The position numbers and the translations under genes are program-made. From a virus (Duplodnaviria; Caudoviricetes), in IMG/VR virus record IMGVR_UViG_3300015249_000002, positions 1 through 28,134 of that record: a stretch of 28,134 nucleotides of DNA. The stretch is one strand, 5' to 3'. This document shows positions 1 to 7,881 of the stretch, piece after piece; the first letter of the stretch is position 1, and every line of letters begins with the position of its first letter. The notes beneath the pieces are model-generated. The model searched no databases, was not told the DNA's origin, and worked only from the letters and a program-made list of their open reading frames with translations.

Positions 1-162
1 CCAATCAAACAAGGTTCCGGCCAAGCCGTATTTGCTACTCATGTCGCGCAGGCCCTCGTTTTCGCCAGAGTTCATATCATTGAGTTCCTCGGCGACATCC
101 AAAAGCTCGCCGTAGTTCAGTTTGGTGATAGCCTCCGCTAAAGCCTTATTTCCATATGTCAT
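1..162 (-). CDS. hypothetical protein, runs off the left edge (MTYGNKALAEAITKLNYGELLDV...)
   Basis: Read manually: ATG at 162 preceded by GGAGAG, with 54 open codons to the window edge. Not in the ORF track. Confidence 0.55.
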   Translation of the reverse strand, partial: MTYGNKALAEAITKLNYGELLDVAEELNDMNSGENEGLRDMSSKYGLAGTLFDW

Positions 163-205
163 TATGCTCTCCATAAGCAGCCCAATGCTGCGTTTGCTGT
201 TTCGG

Positions 206-376
206 ATAGCGGACGGAAAAGATCAGGAAATCTGCTTTGAAACGAAATAGACCAACAAACCCAATACTATAGTTGACCGTCATCTTTTCGTATCGCGAAT
301 TCCTAGGCTGTCCGGACTATCTTTTTATCTAAGCAAATACAGTCACTTACAAATCCGTCCGCGATCCGTCCGCTAT
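206..376. repeat. candidate att region: 12-bp inverted repeat plus a tandem partial copy (possible integrase arm-type sites)
   Basis: ATAGCGGACGGA (206-217) is the exact reverse complement of TCCGTCCGCTAT (365-376). ATCCGTCCGC occurs twice (353-362, 364-373). The AT-richer non-coding interval lies directly downstream of the integrase. Confidence 0.5.
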
Positions 377-1647
377 TCCGTATCTCGTTTGTTTCTCCGC
401 GCTACCCGCAGGGCCATGACCTCGGCGGTCGCCTTGGCGTCGTCCCGCGAATAATTCTGTGTTTGCGAGACGTTACTGTGGGTCGCAGCCTTCCTGACCA
501 TCTCCATGTCGGCGCCGGCAGCCGCCGCCTCAGTGATCGCGCCGCTCCTGGTGTCCATGTTCTTGACGGTCTTCGGAACGCCGGCCGCGGTCGCCACCTT
601 ACGCCACTTCCTGCGGAACTCGGTGTTGTAGTAAGGCCAGGCGTTGACCTCGCATAGGATTACAGGACCAGAGGCGGGCATGGCGGAGCGATCGGTGGAT
701 TTGAACATGATCTGGAACTCTTCCATCACCATCGGTGCCAGCTTCAGATCGATCTCGATCTTTTTGTTCCGCTTGCTGGTGACATGACGCAGGATCAGGT
801 TCTCGTCGATGCGCTCCCAGCGCAGGCCGGTGATCCACTTCTTGGTCGTCTTCTTGCCCTTGAACTTCTTCGTCTGAATGATGTCCGATACGCCCGGCTC
901 CTTCACTGGAACCCACTCGCCGATGACGTCGCGCTGGCGCAGGGTGCATTCGAACTGGATAGCTTGGGCGAGGGCCATGTACGGCCACCCGCGCTCGCGG
1001 GCCTTCTGCCGGACGGCTACAGCCTGATCGGCCGACAGGGCAACCTCCCGCGGCTTGGTTCCCTTGTAGCTTTGGCTGGATAGCGTGCCGGCAAGGCGGG
1101 CACATTCCTTGTCGTCTAGAAGACCGGCACCGAACCGGAACATGGTCCGCAAGGTGGCAATGAATGCTCCTCCCGCGGAGACCTTCTGCCCTTTGTCGCT
1201 CCATTCTTTGTACCAGGACAGGATCATTCGCCCGGTGATCTCGGACAGCATCACGTCGCCGAACCGCTTGTCTATCCGCTTCAATAGCGCGGCCTTACCC
1301 TGCCGAGCCTCGTAGCGTTTGGCATGGAAGGGGGAGTCCTCATCCTTCTGATATTTCTCGATCAAGTTGTGAATGGTGACGAGGGGCAGAAGCATCCCTC
1401 CGCCATCGCGCTCGCGGCCCCAAACGAGCATGGCTGATTGCAGGTGATTGCACTGCGAGGCAATTTCCATCTGATCGACATCATCGGGCTCGGTGCCCTC
1501 CCAAAGCTTTTGAGCGCTGGGCGCATAACCGCGCTTTACCAGGTCACTACGAGCCTGCCAGTATGCTACCCACGTCTTGGCTCGGGTGCGCTCGCGCCAC
1601 ACCAGCCCCGGCGCATTGTCAATATGACGCTTGGACCGTTCAGTCAT
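373..1647 (-). CDS. int: tyrosine recombinase / phage integrase (atypical)
   Basis: Candidate catalytic residues in the expected order: TLRQRD (R), TSKR (K), NMDTRSG (HxxR position), ATHSN (H), QNYSR (Y). Start moved to ATG 1647, which has a GGAGG RBS and overlaps the xis stop. Confidence 0.85.
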   Translation of the reverse strand: MTERSKRHIDNAPGLVWRERTRAKTWVAYWQARSDLVKRGYAPSAQKLWEGTEPDDVDQMEIASQCNHLQSAMLVWGRERDGGGMLLPLVTIHNLIEKYQKDEDSPFHAKRYEARQGKAALLKRIDKRFGDVMLSEITGRMILSWYKEWSDKGQKVSAGGAFIATLRTMFRFGAGLLDDKECARLAGTLSSQSYKGTKPREVALSADQAVAVRQKARERGWPYMALAQAIQFECTLRQRDVIGEWVPVKEPGVSDIIQTKKFKGKKTTKKWITGLRWERIDENLILRHVTSKRNKKIEIDLKLAPMVMEEFQIMFKSTDRSAMPASGPVILCEVNAWPYYNTEFRRKWRKVATAAGVPKTVKNMDTRSGAITEAAAAGADMEMVRKAATHSNVSQTQNYSRDDAKATAEVMALRVARRNKRDTE

Positions 1648-1900
1648 TGTTCGCCCTCCGTGCTTCTTCCGGGCCAATCGTGATCCCGTTGCGCTTATCC
1701 AACCACGCTTTCACTGCCGGCCAATAGCGTCGATCCCCGAAAAGCGGTTGTTTCCGTGGAAAACCGTACTTGCTCTCCAGGCCGGGCAGGATCTTGCGCA
1801 TATGCTTTTCCGGCACGCCGAGACGACGGATCAGTTCGGCGTCGCTGAGATACAGCTTACCCTGTTCGCGCTCGATCGTCTCGGGTGCCGGGGTGGTCAT
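1640..1900 (-). CDS. xis: excisionase / AlpA-like winged-helix protein
   Basis: Small basic protein directly upstream of int. LSDAELIRRLGV...GFPRKQPLFGDRRYWPAVKAWLD matches the Xis/AlpA-type FP...W..V..WL pattern. Confidence 0.75.
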   Translation of the reverse strand: MTTPAPETIEREQGKLYLSDAELIRRLGVPEKHMRKILPGLESKYGFPRKQPLFGDRRYWPAVKAWLDKRNGITIGPEEARRANND

Positions 1901-1902
1901 GG

Positions 1903-2313
1903 CTAGTCCACTTCCCTCGTAGTCAGAACGACGAAATCGCCGACTATCGAAAGTCCGATGATAGCCCGCCCTCCATTGCTGGTGCCGTAGCCAGAATTCC
2001 AGAGGGGCGTGTCAGCACCCATCAAAAAATCCCCTCCCTTATATCCCTCAAAGGTTGTATCGAGGGCGCTCTGGCACTCCTTACGAAACTGCTCGACCGT
2101 AACACCTTCGCCGGATTCGAACGCAAGGTCTGAATAGTAGCCGCGGTAGCTATGCGGGTGAGTGGGCCCGGCAGTCGAGTAATCGTATCGGACGACCGTG
2201 GCCGGCGGCAGGTCTTCCATGGCCTTGATGGCGCCGCCCAGGGTCAGATGATAATTCTTGCGGGACATGCGTCCTGCCTCTCCCATCATGTCAACAATTC
2301 TCTGAAGATCCAT
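1903..2313 (-). CDS. hypothetical phage protein
   Basis: 136-aa ORF with an AGGAGAG RBS. Contains HSYRGYYSDLAF and FEGYKGGDF motifs; function unknown. Confidence 0.75.
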   Translation of the reverse strand: MDLQRIVDMMGEAGRMSRKNYHLTLGGAIKAMEDLPPATVVRYDYSTAGPTHPHSYRGYYSDLAFESGEGVTVEQFRKECQSALDTTFEGYKGGDFLMGADTPLWNSGYGTSNGGRAIIGLSIVGDFVVLTTREVD

Positions 2314-2361
2314 TTCTCTCTCCTTTTCTAGTCCGGTCTTTCGTCATATCCGAAACAGCCG

Positions 2362-2883
2362 TTATTTGACGGACGCCGCTTGCAGCGTGATCACCAGAGG
2401 CTCGACGCGCAGTCGGATTGGCTGGTCGCTGTAGAGGTAGCCACCATCCCACTGGCGATAAACGCCATCGGTGTTCCAGTAGAAGATGTAGGGCGATGAA
2501 CTTCCCCATGTGCCTTCGTCAGAGGCCGCCGCGCGCGTGACTGTATTCTGTCCTCCGCCCCAGCTTGATCCGGCTCGGTCTGGCGGGGTGAGGCGCTTGC
2601 CGCCGCTTGTTACCTTGCCCTTGACGCCCTCGTACAAGATCGGCTGGCCGGCTTGGTTGAGCAGGAGGATAAAGCCGTACTTGCCGGGATCGGCTGTCAA
2701 CTCCAGACGACGCTTGATGTTGTCGATCTCGGCGTTCTCATCAAATTTGATCGACTGCGCAGCCGCTGCCGCCTTTTCAGCCTGTTGGTTCTTGTTTGAT
2801 TGCGGAAGGTCTTCGCATCCAGAAAGACACGACCCGGCGAGTACAATGCTGGCAATCTTGAGTATTGTTGAAAGGTCGCTCAT
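2362..2883 (-). CDS. predicted lipoprotein
   Basis: Hydrophobic N-terminus ending in the lipobox L-S-G-C23. ATGA overlap with the upstream gene. Confidence 0.75.
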   Translation of the reverse strand: MSDLSTILKIASIVLAGSCLSGCEDLPQSNKNQQAEKAAAAAQSIKFDENAEIDNIKRRLELTADPGKYGFILLLNQAGQPILYEGVKGKVTSGGKRLTPPDRAGSSWGGGQNTVTRAAASDEGTWGSSSPYIFYWNTDGVYRQWDGGYLYSDQPIRLRVEPLVITLQAASVK

Positions 2884-3314
2884 TCGCAGTCTCCAGTGTT
2901 GAGTTGATCGGGAAGGCTCTTTTCGCGGAAGATCCCGCGGTTCATCTTGGCGGCATTGGCATTGTACCGGCGCGAGAGGTCACGGCACGATTGCTGGATT
3001 GCCGCCATTTCGATTCGCAGGCGCGACTTCTCCTGGGGGTCCGTCTCCGCACCGTTTAGCGCCTTGAACTGCTTGATCTGGGAGACGCGGGCCAAATAGT
3101 TGCCGTTGGCATCATGGAACCACTCGTAGTTTGTGATGACATTATCGGCATCCAACGTCTTGCTGACGATGCGCGCGGGCTGGGACATGATGTTGAAAAC
3201 CCAGCCGACGCCACCAAGCAGGAAGATGGCGGTAAATAGGGCTATCACCACGCGAGGTAGTGACCAAAAATATTCGCGCTGCGCTTCTCGGAAGTCTCGT
3301 CGATATTCGCTCAT
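2880..3314 (-). CDS. single-pass membrane protein with a helical/coiled-coil C-terminal domain
   Basis: Basic N-terminus, then TM segment VVIALFTAIFLLGGVGWVFNIM, then a helical domain. ATGA overlaps at both ends. Confidence 0.75.
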   Translation of the reverse strand: MSEYRRDFREAQREYFWSLPRVVIALFTAIFLLGGVGWVFNIMSQPARIVSKTLDADNVITNYEWFHDANGNYLARVSQIKQFKALNGAETDPQEKSRLRIEMAAIQQSCRDLSRRYNANAAKMNRGIFREKSLPDQLNTGDCE

Positions 3315-3601
3315 ATGTTTTCCTTTGAGGTTTCAGTGTTTCGGTCTCCAGAAGTGACCGGCTTGCGGAGCATCTTGCTCTGGGTCTGCCAAGTCAGCCT
3401 GCAGCTAAGTAAACAAAGATCCCATCGGAGCCCCTGATATCCGCGATGAGCATGGAAGAAATACCAAATCCAAGGCTCGTCAGGCTTCCGCGTTCCGAAC
3501 GACAGTATCCACGACCACGTTATGGATTCTGGGTCATGGTAGGACGCCAGGTTCAACCAGTGCCGGTCATTCGTCCGGCTAAAGAACTTGAGACCCTTCA
3601 T
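3311..3601 (-). CDS. hypothetical Trp-rich protein
   Basis: 96 aa with ATGA overlaps at both ends. Confidence 0.65.
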   Translation of the reverse strand: MKGLKFFSRTNDRHWLNLASYHDPESITWSWILSFGTRKPDEPWIWYFFHAHRGYQGLRWDLCLLSCRLTWQTQSKMLRKPVTSGDRNTETSKENI

Positions 3602-3801
3602 GCTTCAGACTTTCGGTTTTCGCCGGAAGAGATTGAGGACAGGATCGACCGACACACGGCAGCTATATATTCCCGATTGTAAGCATCTGGCGCATCTAGC
3701 ATCATGACGACATCGGACATCCGTTCCCGAATTCTGTCGATCTCCATGACAGTTATTTGATGCAAGCCATTGTATCGCTCGGATTGGATCGGGGTCATCA
3801 T
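3598..3801 (-). CDS. hypothetical protein
   Basis: 67 aa with ATGA overlaps at both ends. Confidence 0.65.
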   Translation of the reverse strand: MMTPIQSERYNGLHQITVMEIDRIRERMSDVVMMLDAPDAYNREYIAAVCRSILSSISSGENRKSEA

Positions 3802-3992
3802 GCTTCACTCTTTCGGTATGCCGGAGAGTTCGAGCGCTTCGGCTTCCTGAAAATGGTAATCCCCTTGCGCTCTAGCTTGGCGAGGAAAGCCAGCGGGGTG
3901 ACCTGCGTCAGATCCTTGAACGAGTGGAAGATGTCGGCGAACTGATCGATCAGTTCCTCGCGCTTCGGGCTTAACTTGGTTCGCTTGCTCAT
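3798..3992 (-). CDS. hypothetical basic protein
   Basis: 64 aa with ATGA overlaps at both ends. Confidence 0.65.
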   Translation of the reverse strand: MSKRTKLSPKREELIDQFADIFHSFKDLTQVTPLAFLAKLERKGITIFRKPKRSNSPAYRKSEA

Positions 3993-4540
3993 GCTTCACC
4001 CCGTTCATCTGGCGGACTTCCCACAACTCTGGACCGAGATTGCAACCCCAAACGATAGATGCGCCCGGAAACCGATTGAAAAGACTTCCCGACATATTCG
4101 GCTGTCTTCCGGTAACTGTAGCCTCGGGCCAAAGCTTCGCGGATCTTCTGATCATCCTCGGGTCTGTAGTTATAGCCACCGCGGTTGTTGGACTGCTCTT
4201 TCATGGTTGCCCAGCGGCAATTGCCGGGCTCGTAATCCCCGTCATTGTCGATCCGGTCTATGGTCAGACCGTTGCGCGGGCCCATGTCAGCCAAGAAGTT
4301 TTCGAATACGTCCCATCGGGCGCAAACCTTGATGCCGCGGCCGCCGTACCTTGCGTAATCGCCGTGCGACGGGTTGTTGCAGCGCTCTCGGATGCGAGTC
4401 CATGTGCGGTGCTCCGGATTGTCCGATAGCCCGTGGCGCCGATTATGTCCTGACGCACATGATTTGCTGCAATACTTCCCGCGCGCCCAAGAATGGCACT
4501 GGAAATCAATCCCGCATTTCAGACAGGTCGCAGTTTTCAT
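3989..4540 (-). CDS. HNH endonuclease with an N-terminal Zn finger and a C-terminal GcrA-like HTH
   Basis: N-terminal CLKC...YCSKSC. HNH core [49 protein letters not shown]-terminal [39 protein letters not shown]. Confidence 0.85.
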   Translation of the reverse strand: MKTATCLKCGIDFQCHSWARGKYCSKSCASGHNRRHGLSDNPEHRTWTRIRERCNNPSHGDYARYGGRGIKVCARWDVFENFLADMGPRNGLTIDRIDNDGDYEPGNCRWATMKEQSNNRGGYNYRPEDDQKIREALARGYSYRKTAEYVGKSFQSVSGRIYRLGLQSRSRVVGSPPDERGEA

Positions 4541-4716
4541 TTTGCTCTTTCAGGGTCCTGGGGTGTCCGAGCGGCTTCACGCACAACGTCGTTCGGCGTT
4601 GCAAATAGCTTGCCTTCGACTTCATCACAGGTCCATCCATGGCTATGGATATATGGACACCACCGATCTGTGCAGTCTGGGATACATTCTGCTGGGACAT
4701 ATCGAAGATTCTTCAT
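4537..4716 (-). CDS. small Cys/His-rich hypothetical protein (59 aa)
   Basis: Read manually: [30 protein letters not shown].... Fills the gap exactly, with ATGA overlaps at both ends. Confidence 0.65.
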   Translation of the reverse strand: MKNLRYVPAECIPDCTDRWCPYIHSHGWTCDEVEGKLFATPNDVVREAARTPQDPERAK

Positions 4717-4934
4717 TGTGACTTTCCTAGTTGCGAAGTGTCCGAAAGCGCGGCCCGGCCAGCGCCCGTCAGTTCGTATGGATGGCCTTTAATCAGGCCG
4801 CGGCTCACGAGCGAGTGGAAAACCTCGCTGTTGAACCGAAGCCCAGTCCGAGCACTCAGCGTTCCGTTGAACAATGGCTCCCCAGCTTCATCGAGCGTGC
4901 GCAGAACCATGCGTTGCGTTCGGCTAAGCATCAT
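4713..4934 (-). CDS. small winged-helix-like hypothetical protein
   Basis: LSRTQRMVLRTL...SLVSRGLI...YELTGAGRAAL is a MarR-like wHTH pattern. Coupled at both ends. Confidence 0.6.
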   Translation of the reverse strand: MMLSRTQRMVLRTLDEAGEPLFNGTLSARTGLRFNSEVFHSLVSRGLIKGHPYELTGAGRAALSDTSQLGKSQ

Positions 4935-5101
4935 TTCCCCTCGCGGTCAGGGCGCGTGTCCGGGCAACGGACCTTGATGAAGTCCTCGATGACTTGGACA
5001 ACCTCGCCCTTGGTCCAATGCTCGTGCGCCGCTTCCGAGAACAGGTCAGAAAGCAGCCTCAATGCCTCGCCAACAGCCATAGAGCTTTCAGCCTTCGTCA
5101 T
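4931..5101 (-). CDS. hypothetical protein (56 aa)
   Basis: Start reassigned to ATG 5101, which has a GGAGG RBS and an ATGA overlap. Confidence 0.6.
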   Translation of the reverse strand: MTKAESSMAVGEALRLLSDLFSEAAHEHWTKGEVVQVIEDFIKVRCPDTRPDREGK

Positions 5102-5199
5102 CGGTCCTCCCTCCACCCAAAGATGATGGCAATGGCCTGCCAGATCGTCATCCTGGGCGGCTTTGGGCCAGGCTGATCCGCTCGGAATGGGTAGCTCAT
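5098..5199 (-). CDS. 33-aa micro-ORF with a hydrophobic stretch
   Basis: MSYPFRADQPGPKPPRMTIWQAIAIIFGWREDR, with ATGA overlaps at both ends. Confidence 0.55.
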   Translation of the reverse strand: MSYPFRADQPGPKPPRMTIWQAIAIIFGWREDR

Positions 5200-5795
5200 T
5201 TGCCCTCACGATCTGGATAGGTGACCGAAACAGCGACACCATTTGAGTCGATCAGAGAACCCTCCAGGTGGTGCTGGAGCCGGCGCAACTCTTCCAACTC
5301 GTCAGGGACTTGATGCGGCTCGTAGTCGCCATCGTGGTAAGCGTCGATGTGCATCGAGAGTGTGCCGATAGCGTACTGGATGGATTCGATCAGTTCATCC
5401 CGCGACGGGTCTTCGCTCTTTTGACCAGTCGATGTGTCCGAAAGTGCGGCGCGTCCTTCATGGATTGATAGCTTGTAGTCAGCCATCATTTGCTCGAACA
5501 TCTTGTCGGAGGCAGCGTGCGCCTTAGCCTCTGGCGTCTTTTCCAATAGAGAAACAGCCGCCTTAAGGGAGATGGTCGTGCTTTTCAGAGCGGCTACTAG
5601 AATTGGCTCTCGCTCTCTTGGGGCATGACCAGCACAGTCCTCGAAGGCAACCTCACGAGTACGTCGGAGCATAAATTCTAGGGCGCCTTCGCCATCATCA
5701 GGCCAGCCTAAAGACTTGGCCGTTTGCAGCAGATATGCCCCAGTGCGCTGCTCTCTCTCGGTCACGGAAGATAAGCTCTGGGGCAAATCGCTCAT
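5196..5795 (-). CDS. hypothetical mosaic phage protein
   Basis: Start at ATG 5795 overlaps the upstream stop. Contains an internal copy of the GRAALSDTS gene-end motif. Confidence 0.7.
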   Translation of the reverse strand: MSDLPQSLSSVTEREQRTGAYLLQTAKSLGWPDDGEGALEFMLRRTREVAFEDCAGHAPREREPILVAALKSTTISLKAAVSLLEKTPEAKAHAASDKMFEQMMADYKLSIHEGRAALSDTSTGQKSEDPSRDELIESIQYAIGTLSMHIDAYHDGDYEPHQVPDELEELRRLQHHLEGSLIDSNGVAVSVTYPDREGK

Positions 5796-6433
5796 GGCTG
5801 CACCCATTTGTAAGTATCTCCTCGCCTTATCCGATCGACAGCGGCGCGATGCACTCCAAGCTCCCTAGCCCATGCCACAGCTGACTTCTCACTGAGTGGC
5901 GTCGAGCGAATCCTGATTACTTCGTCGTTGCTGAATACCCTTTGCCGCGGGTTCGGGTTCCTCCACAGCCGGCCAGCCAGGATCGATCTAGTGTTGGTGA
6001 TTGATATGCCGTATTGCTTGGCAATATCTATGACTGTTGCCCGCCCCTTCAGCGCGCGAATTTCGTCAACTTGCTCCGGTGTAAGCTTCGTTCTCTTGGT
6101 AAGTCCGGAATGCTGATAGCGCTCAACTTGGTTCTCAGCGTTTGTCTTCCATGAAAGATGCTGAGGGTTGACACATCCTTCGTGGCGTCTACCGCAGCTA
6201 TGTGCGGCTTGATGCTTTGGGGTCGGTGGAGGACCGTTCCGGTATTCGCACATCAGCCTGCAAACATTGAGGGGCGGTTTCCCTACTTGAATGGTCGTTC
6301 CGCTTATCGACCCAAACGGCCATATCAAACACCAACGATCGTTCTGGTAGTCCAGATGATCCCGAACCCACGTTTTAAAGTCGCCGTCTCCCTGCAGCAA
6401 CTCAATAATCTCGTGTTGAGAACTCTGGCTCAT
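5792..6433 (-). CDS. His-Me finger (HNH) endonuclease with two C-terminal HTH-like repeats
   Basis: CLIWPF...CRLMCE..NGPPP...QAAHSCG...CVNPQHLSWKTNAEN, followed by KLTPEQVDEIR.. and FSNDEVIRIR.. repeats. Start 6433 chosen by ATGA overlap. Confidence 0.8.
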   Translation of the reverse strand: MSQSSQHEIIELLQGDGDFKTWVRDHLDYQNDRWCLIWPFGSISGTTIQVGKPPLNVCRLMCEYRNGPPPTPKHQAAHSCGRRHEGCVNPQHLSWKTNAENQVERYQHSGLTKRTKLTPEQVDEIRALKGRATVIDIAKQYGISITNTRSILAGRLWRNPNPRQRVFSNDEVIRIRSTPLSEKSAVAWARELGVHRAAVDRIRRGDTYKWVQP

Positions 6434-6654
6434 GTCGGGCTCCAGTGCGTTGGCGTGTAGTAGACGTACATCCCGACGCCTATAGGCGTCCCGGTGTACC
6501 AAAGGTTTCCCTTGCGCGTCAGCTTTGCAACGTTTCGCTCGCCACGCTCGTCGTGGATTTTGGTCCAGATTTCCTCGCCTTCCGGAGAGGTCCAGCGTCC
6601 ACCCGAAACAGTCGGTTTCCAGTTGCGGCTATTCATTTCTCCCATGTCGCTCAT
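6430..6654 (-). CDS. hypothetical protein
   Basis: 74 aa, coupled at both ends. Confidence 0.65.
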   Translation of the reverse strand: MSDMGEMNSRNWKPTVSGGRWTSPEGEEIWTKIHDERGERNVAKLTRKGNLWYTGTPIGVGMYVYYTPTHWSPT

Positions 6655-6962
6655 GGCTTCACCTGGTTCCGAAGCTCGGTCATCTTCTCGTCAAGCGGAC
6701 AGTCGCATCGCGGGAAGACGCACCACGGCTCGACCTGCATCCTTGGGCATTGGGCGGGCTTCTTCGCTAAACCCATGTGATCGCCCCAGCCGACAGGGGA
6801 ACTTGCTTTCGCCAGCGCGGCTTCTAACTCCTGGATGCGCTTGGCGGCTTCCATGAACATTGCGCAACGCTCCGCCTTGCTGAACAAGGCGTGATCGTGA
6901 AGCCGCTCAATAATATCGGAGGAGTTAGGCTGTGTCTGGTCTGTCATGGCTCTGTACTTCAT
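6651..6962 (-). CDS. hypothetical protein
   Basis: DIIERL...EAAKRIQELEAAL coiled-coil motif and a Cys-rich C-terminus. Start 6962 chosen by ATGA overlap. Confidence 0.65.
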   Translation of the reverse strand: MKYRAMTDQTQPNSSDIIERLHDHALFSKAERCAMFMEAAKRIQELEAALAKASSPVGWGDHMGLAKKPAQCPRMQVEPWCVFPRCDCPLDEKMTELRNQVKP

Positions 6963-7081
6963 GTCCGTGTGTACCAACCGCAAAAGCGATAGCCGGCCCA
7001 TCCCGCAAGAATAACCGCCACCAGCTTCACGATCGGGCTTTCAATGAACTGCCCGAAATTCACTAGATAGCTCGCGATCAT
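6959..7081 (-). CDS. 40-aa membrane peptide
   Basis: MIASYLVNFGQFIESPIVKLVAVILAGWAGYRFCGWYTRT, with ATGA overlaps at both ends. Confidence 0.55.
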   Translation of the reverse strand: MIASYLVNFGQFIESPIVKLVAVILAGWAGYRFCGWYTRT

Positions 7082-7377
7082 TTTGCCCTCAGTGTCATTG
7101 CAATCAGAAACGGATTGAGGCCGTATTTCTTCCAGAATGCCATTTCATTGCCCATCGCGTGTTGCTCGCGATGGTGCGCGCCACACAACGGAACGCACCA
7201 CACGTCACTTGGGCGTCCCCATCCGAAATCGTCCTTGCCCAACTCTGGCTTCTGGGTCCGAATGTGCGCTGCTTCCGTGCTGGTGTTGTCGCCGCAGATG
7301 CAACAATCCTGCGTGCGTATCCATGCGAGATGTTTGTCGTTTTTCTTGCGCGGTTCGCGCTGTCGAAGTTCGCTCAT
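7078..7377 (-). CDS. DUF968-like Zn-binding HNH-type nuclease
   Basis: HLAWIRTQDCCICG...EAAHIR...PSDVWCVPLCGAHHREQH..G.EMAFW pattern. Confidence 0.75.
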   Translation of the reverse strand: MSELRQREPRKKNDKHLAWIRTQDCCICGDNTSTEAAHIRTQKPELGKDDFGWGRPSDVWCVPLCGAHHREQHAMGNEMAFWKKYGLNPFLIAMTLRAK

Positions 7378-7871
7378 GCTCCAACCCTTTCCTTGGCATG
7401 CCATGCCTGAAACTGGCTATCGAGTTGGTGCCAGAGAACACGCTTGCGATGGTCAGTCGAAAACTCAGAGCGGGAGTTGACCTTGCAGATGTGCCGAACT
7501 GTTATTGCGGCACATTGCTCGTCTCGAACGTCTGGATAGGCCATCACTTCGCGTAGGAACGCCCAGAATTTCGGCTGCCCGCATCGCAAAGCCGCCTGTG
7601 CCGCTGGCTGCATATTCCGCCAGTCCATGCGCTTCGCCCCGTCAGAGCGAGTGCTTGGGGGACTCTCTGACGGGGCGTTGCTGGGCGCCTCCTTCGTGGT
7701 GGACTTGAGAGCGGCAATCCCGAACCAGCGTTCCTTGCCGTGTACGGGCATGCCGCCGAGTACGTCATAGGCTGCATCGGCATCAGCCAATGGGATTTCC
7801 ATGACCACCTGGACAACGCCACGGGTCTTGATCAGCTTCCAGTCGGAATATGTGGCGCGGAAAGCGGTCAT
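7374..7871 (-). CDS. hypothetical phage protein
   Basis: 165 aa, apparently two domains with a Pro/Ser linker. GAGG RBS; coupled to the downstream gene. Confidence 0.7.
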   Translation of the reverse strand: MTAFRATYSDWKLIKTRGVVQVVMEIPLADADAAYDVLGGMPVHGKERWFGIAALKSTTKEAPSNAPSESPPSTRSDGAKRMDWRNMQPAAQAALRCGQPKFWAFLREVMAYPDVRDEQCAAITVRHICKVNSRSEFSTDHRKRVLWHQLDSQFQAWHAKERVGA

Positions 7872-7881
7872 GGATCAGTCC

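Noticed and set aside
1-372. tRNA or tmRNA fragment as integration site
   Set aside because: No T-loop (GTTCGAATC-like) or CCA-end pattern is visible on either strand.
196-2359. 13-bp inverted match GCTGTTTCGGATA (196-208) and TATCCGAAACAGC (2347-2359) flanking int-xis, suggesting an invertible segment
   Set aside because: A few 13-mer inverted matches are expected by chance in 28 kb, and nothing else indicates inversion. It does overlap the junction motif, so revisit it if that motif proves to be an Int target.
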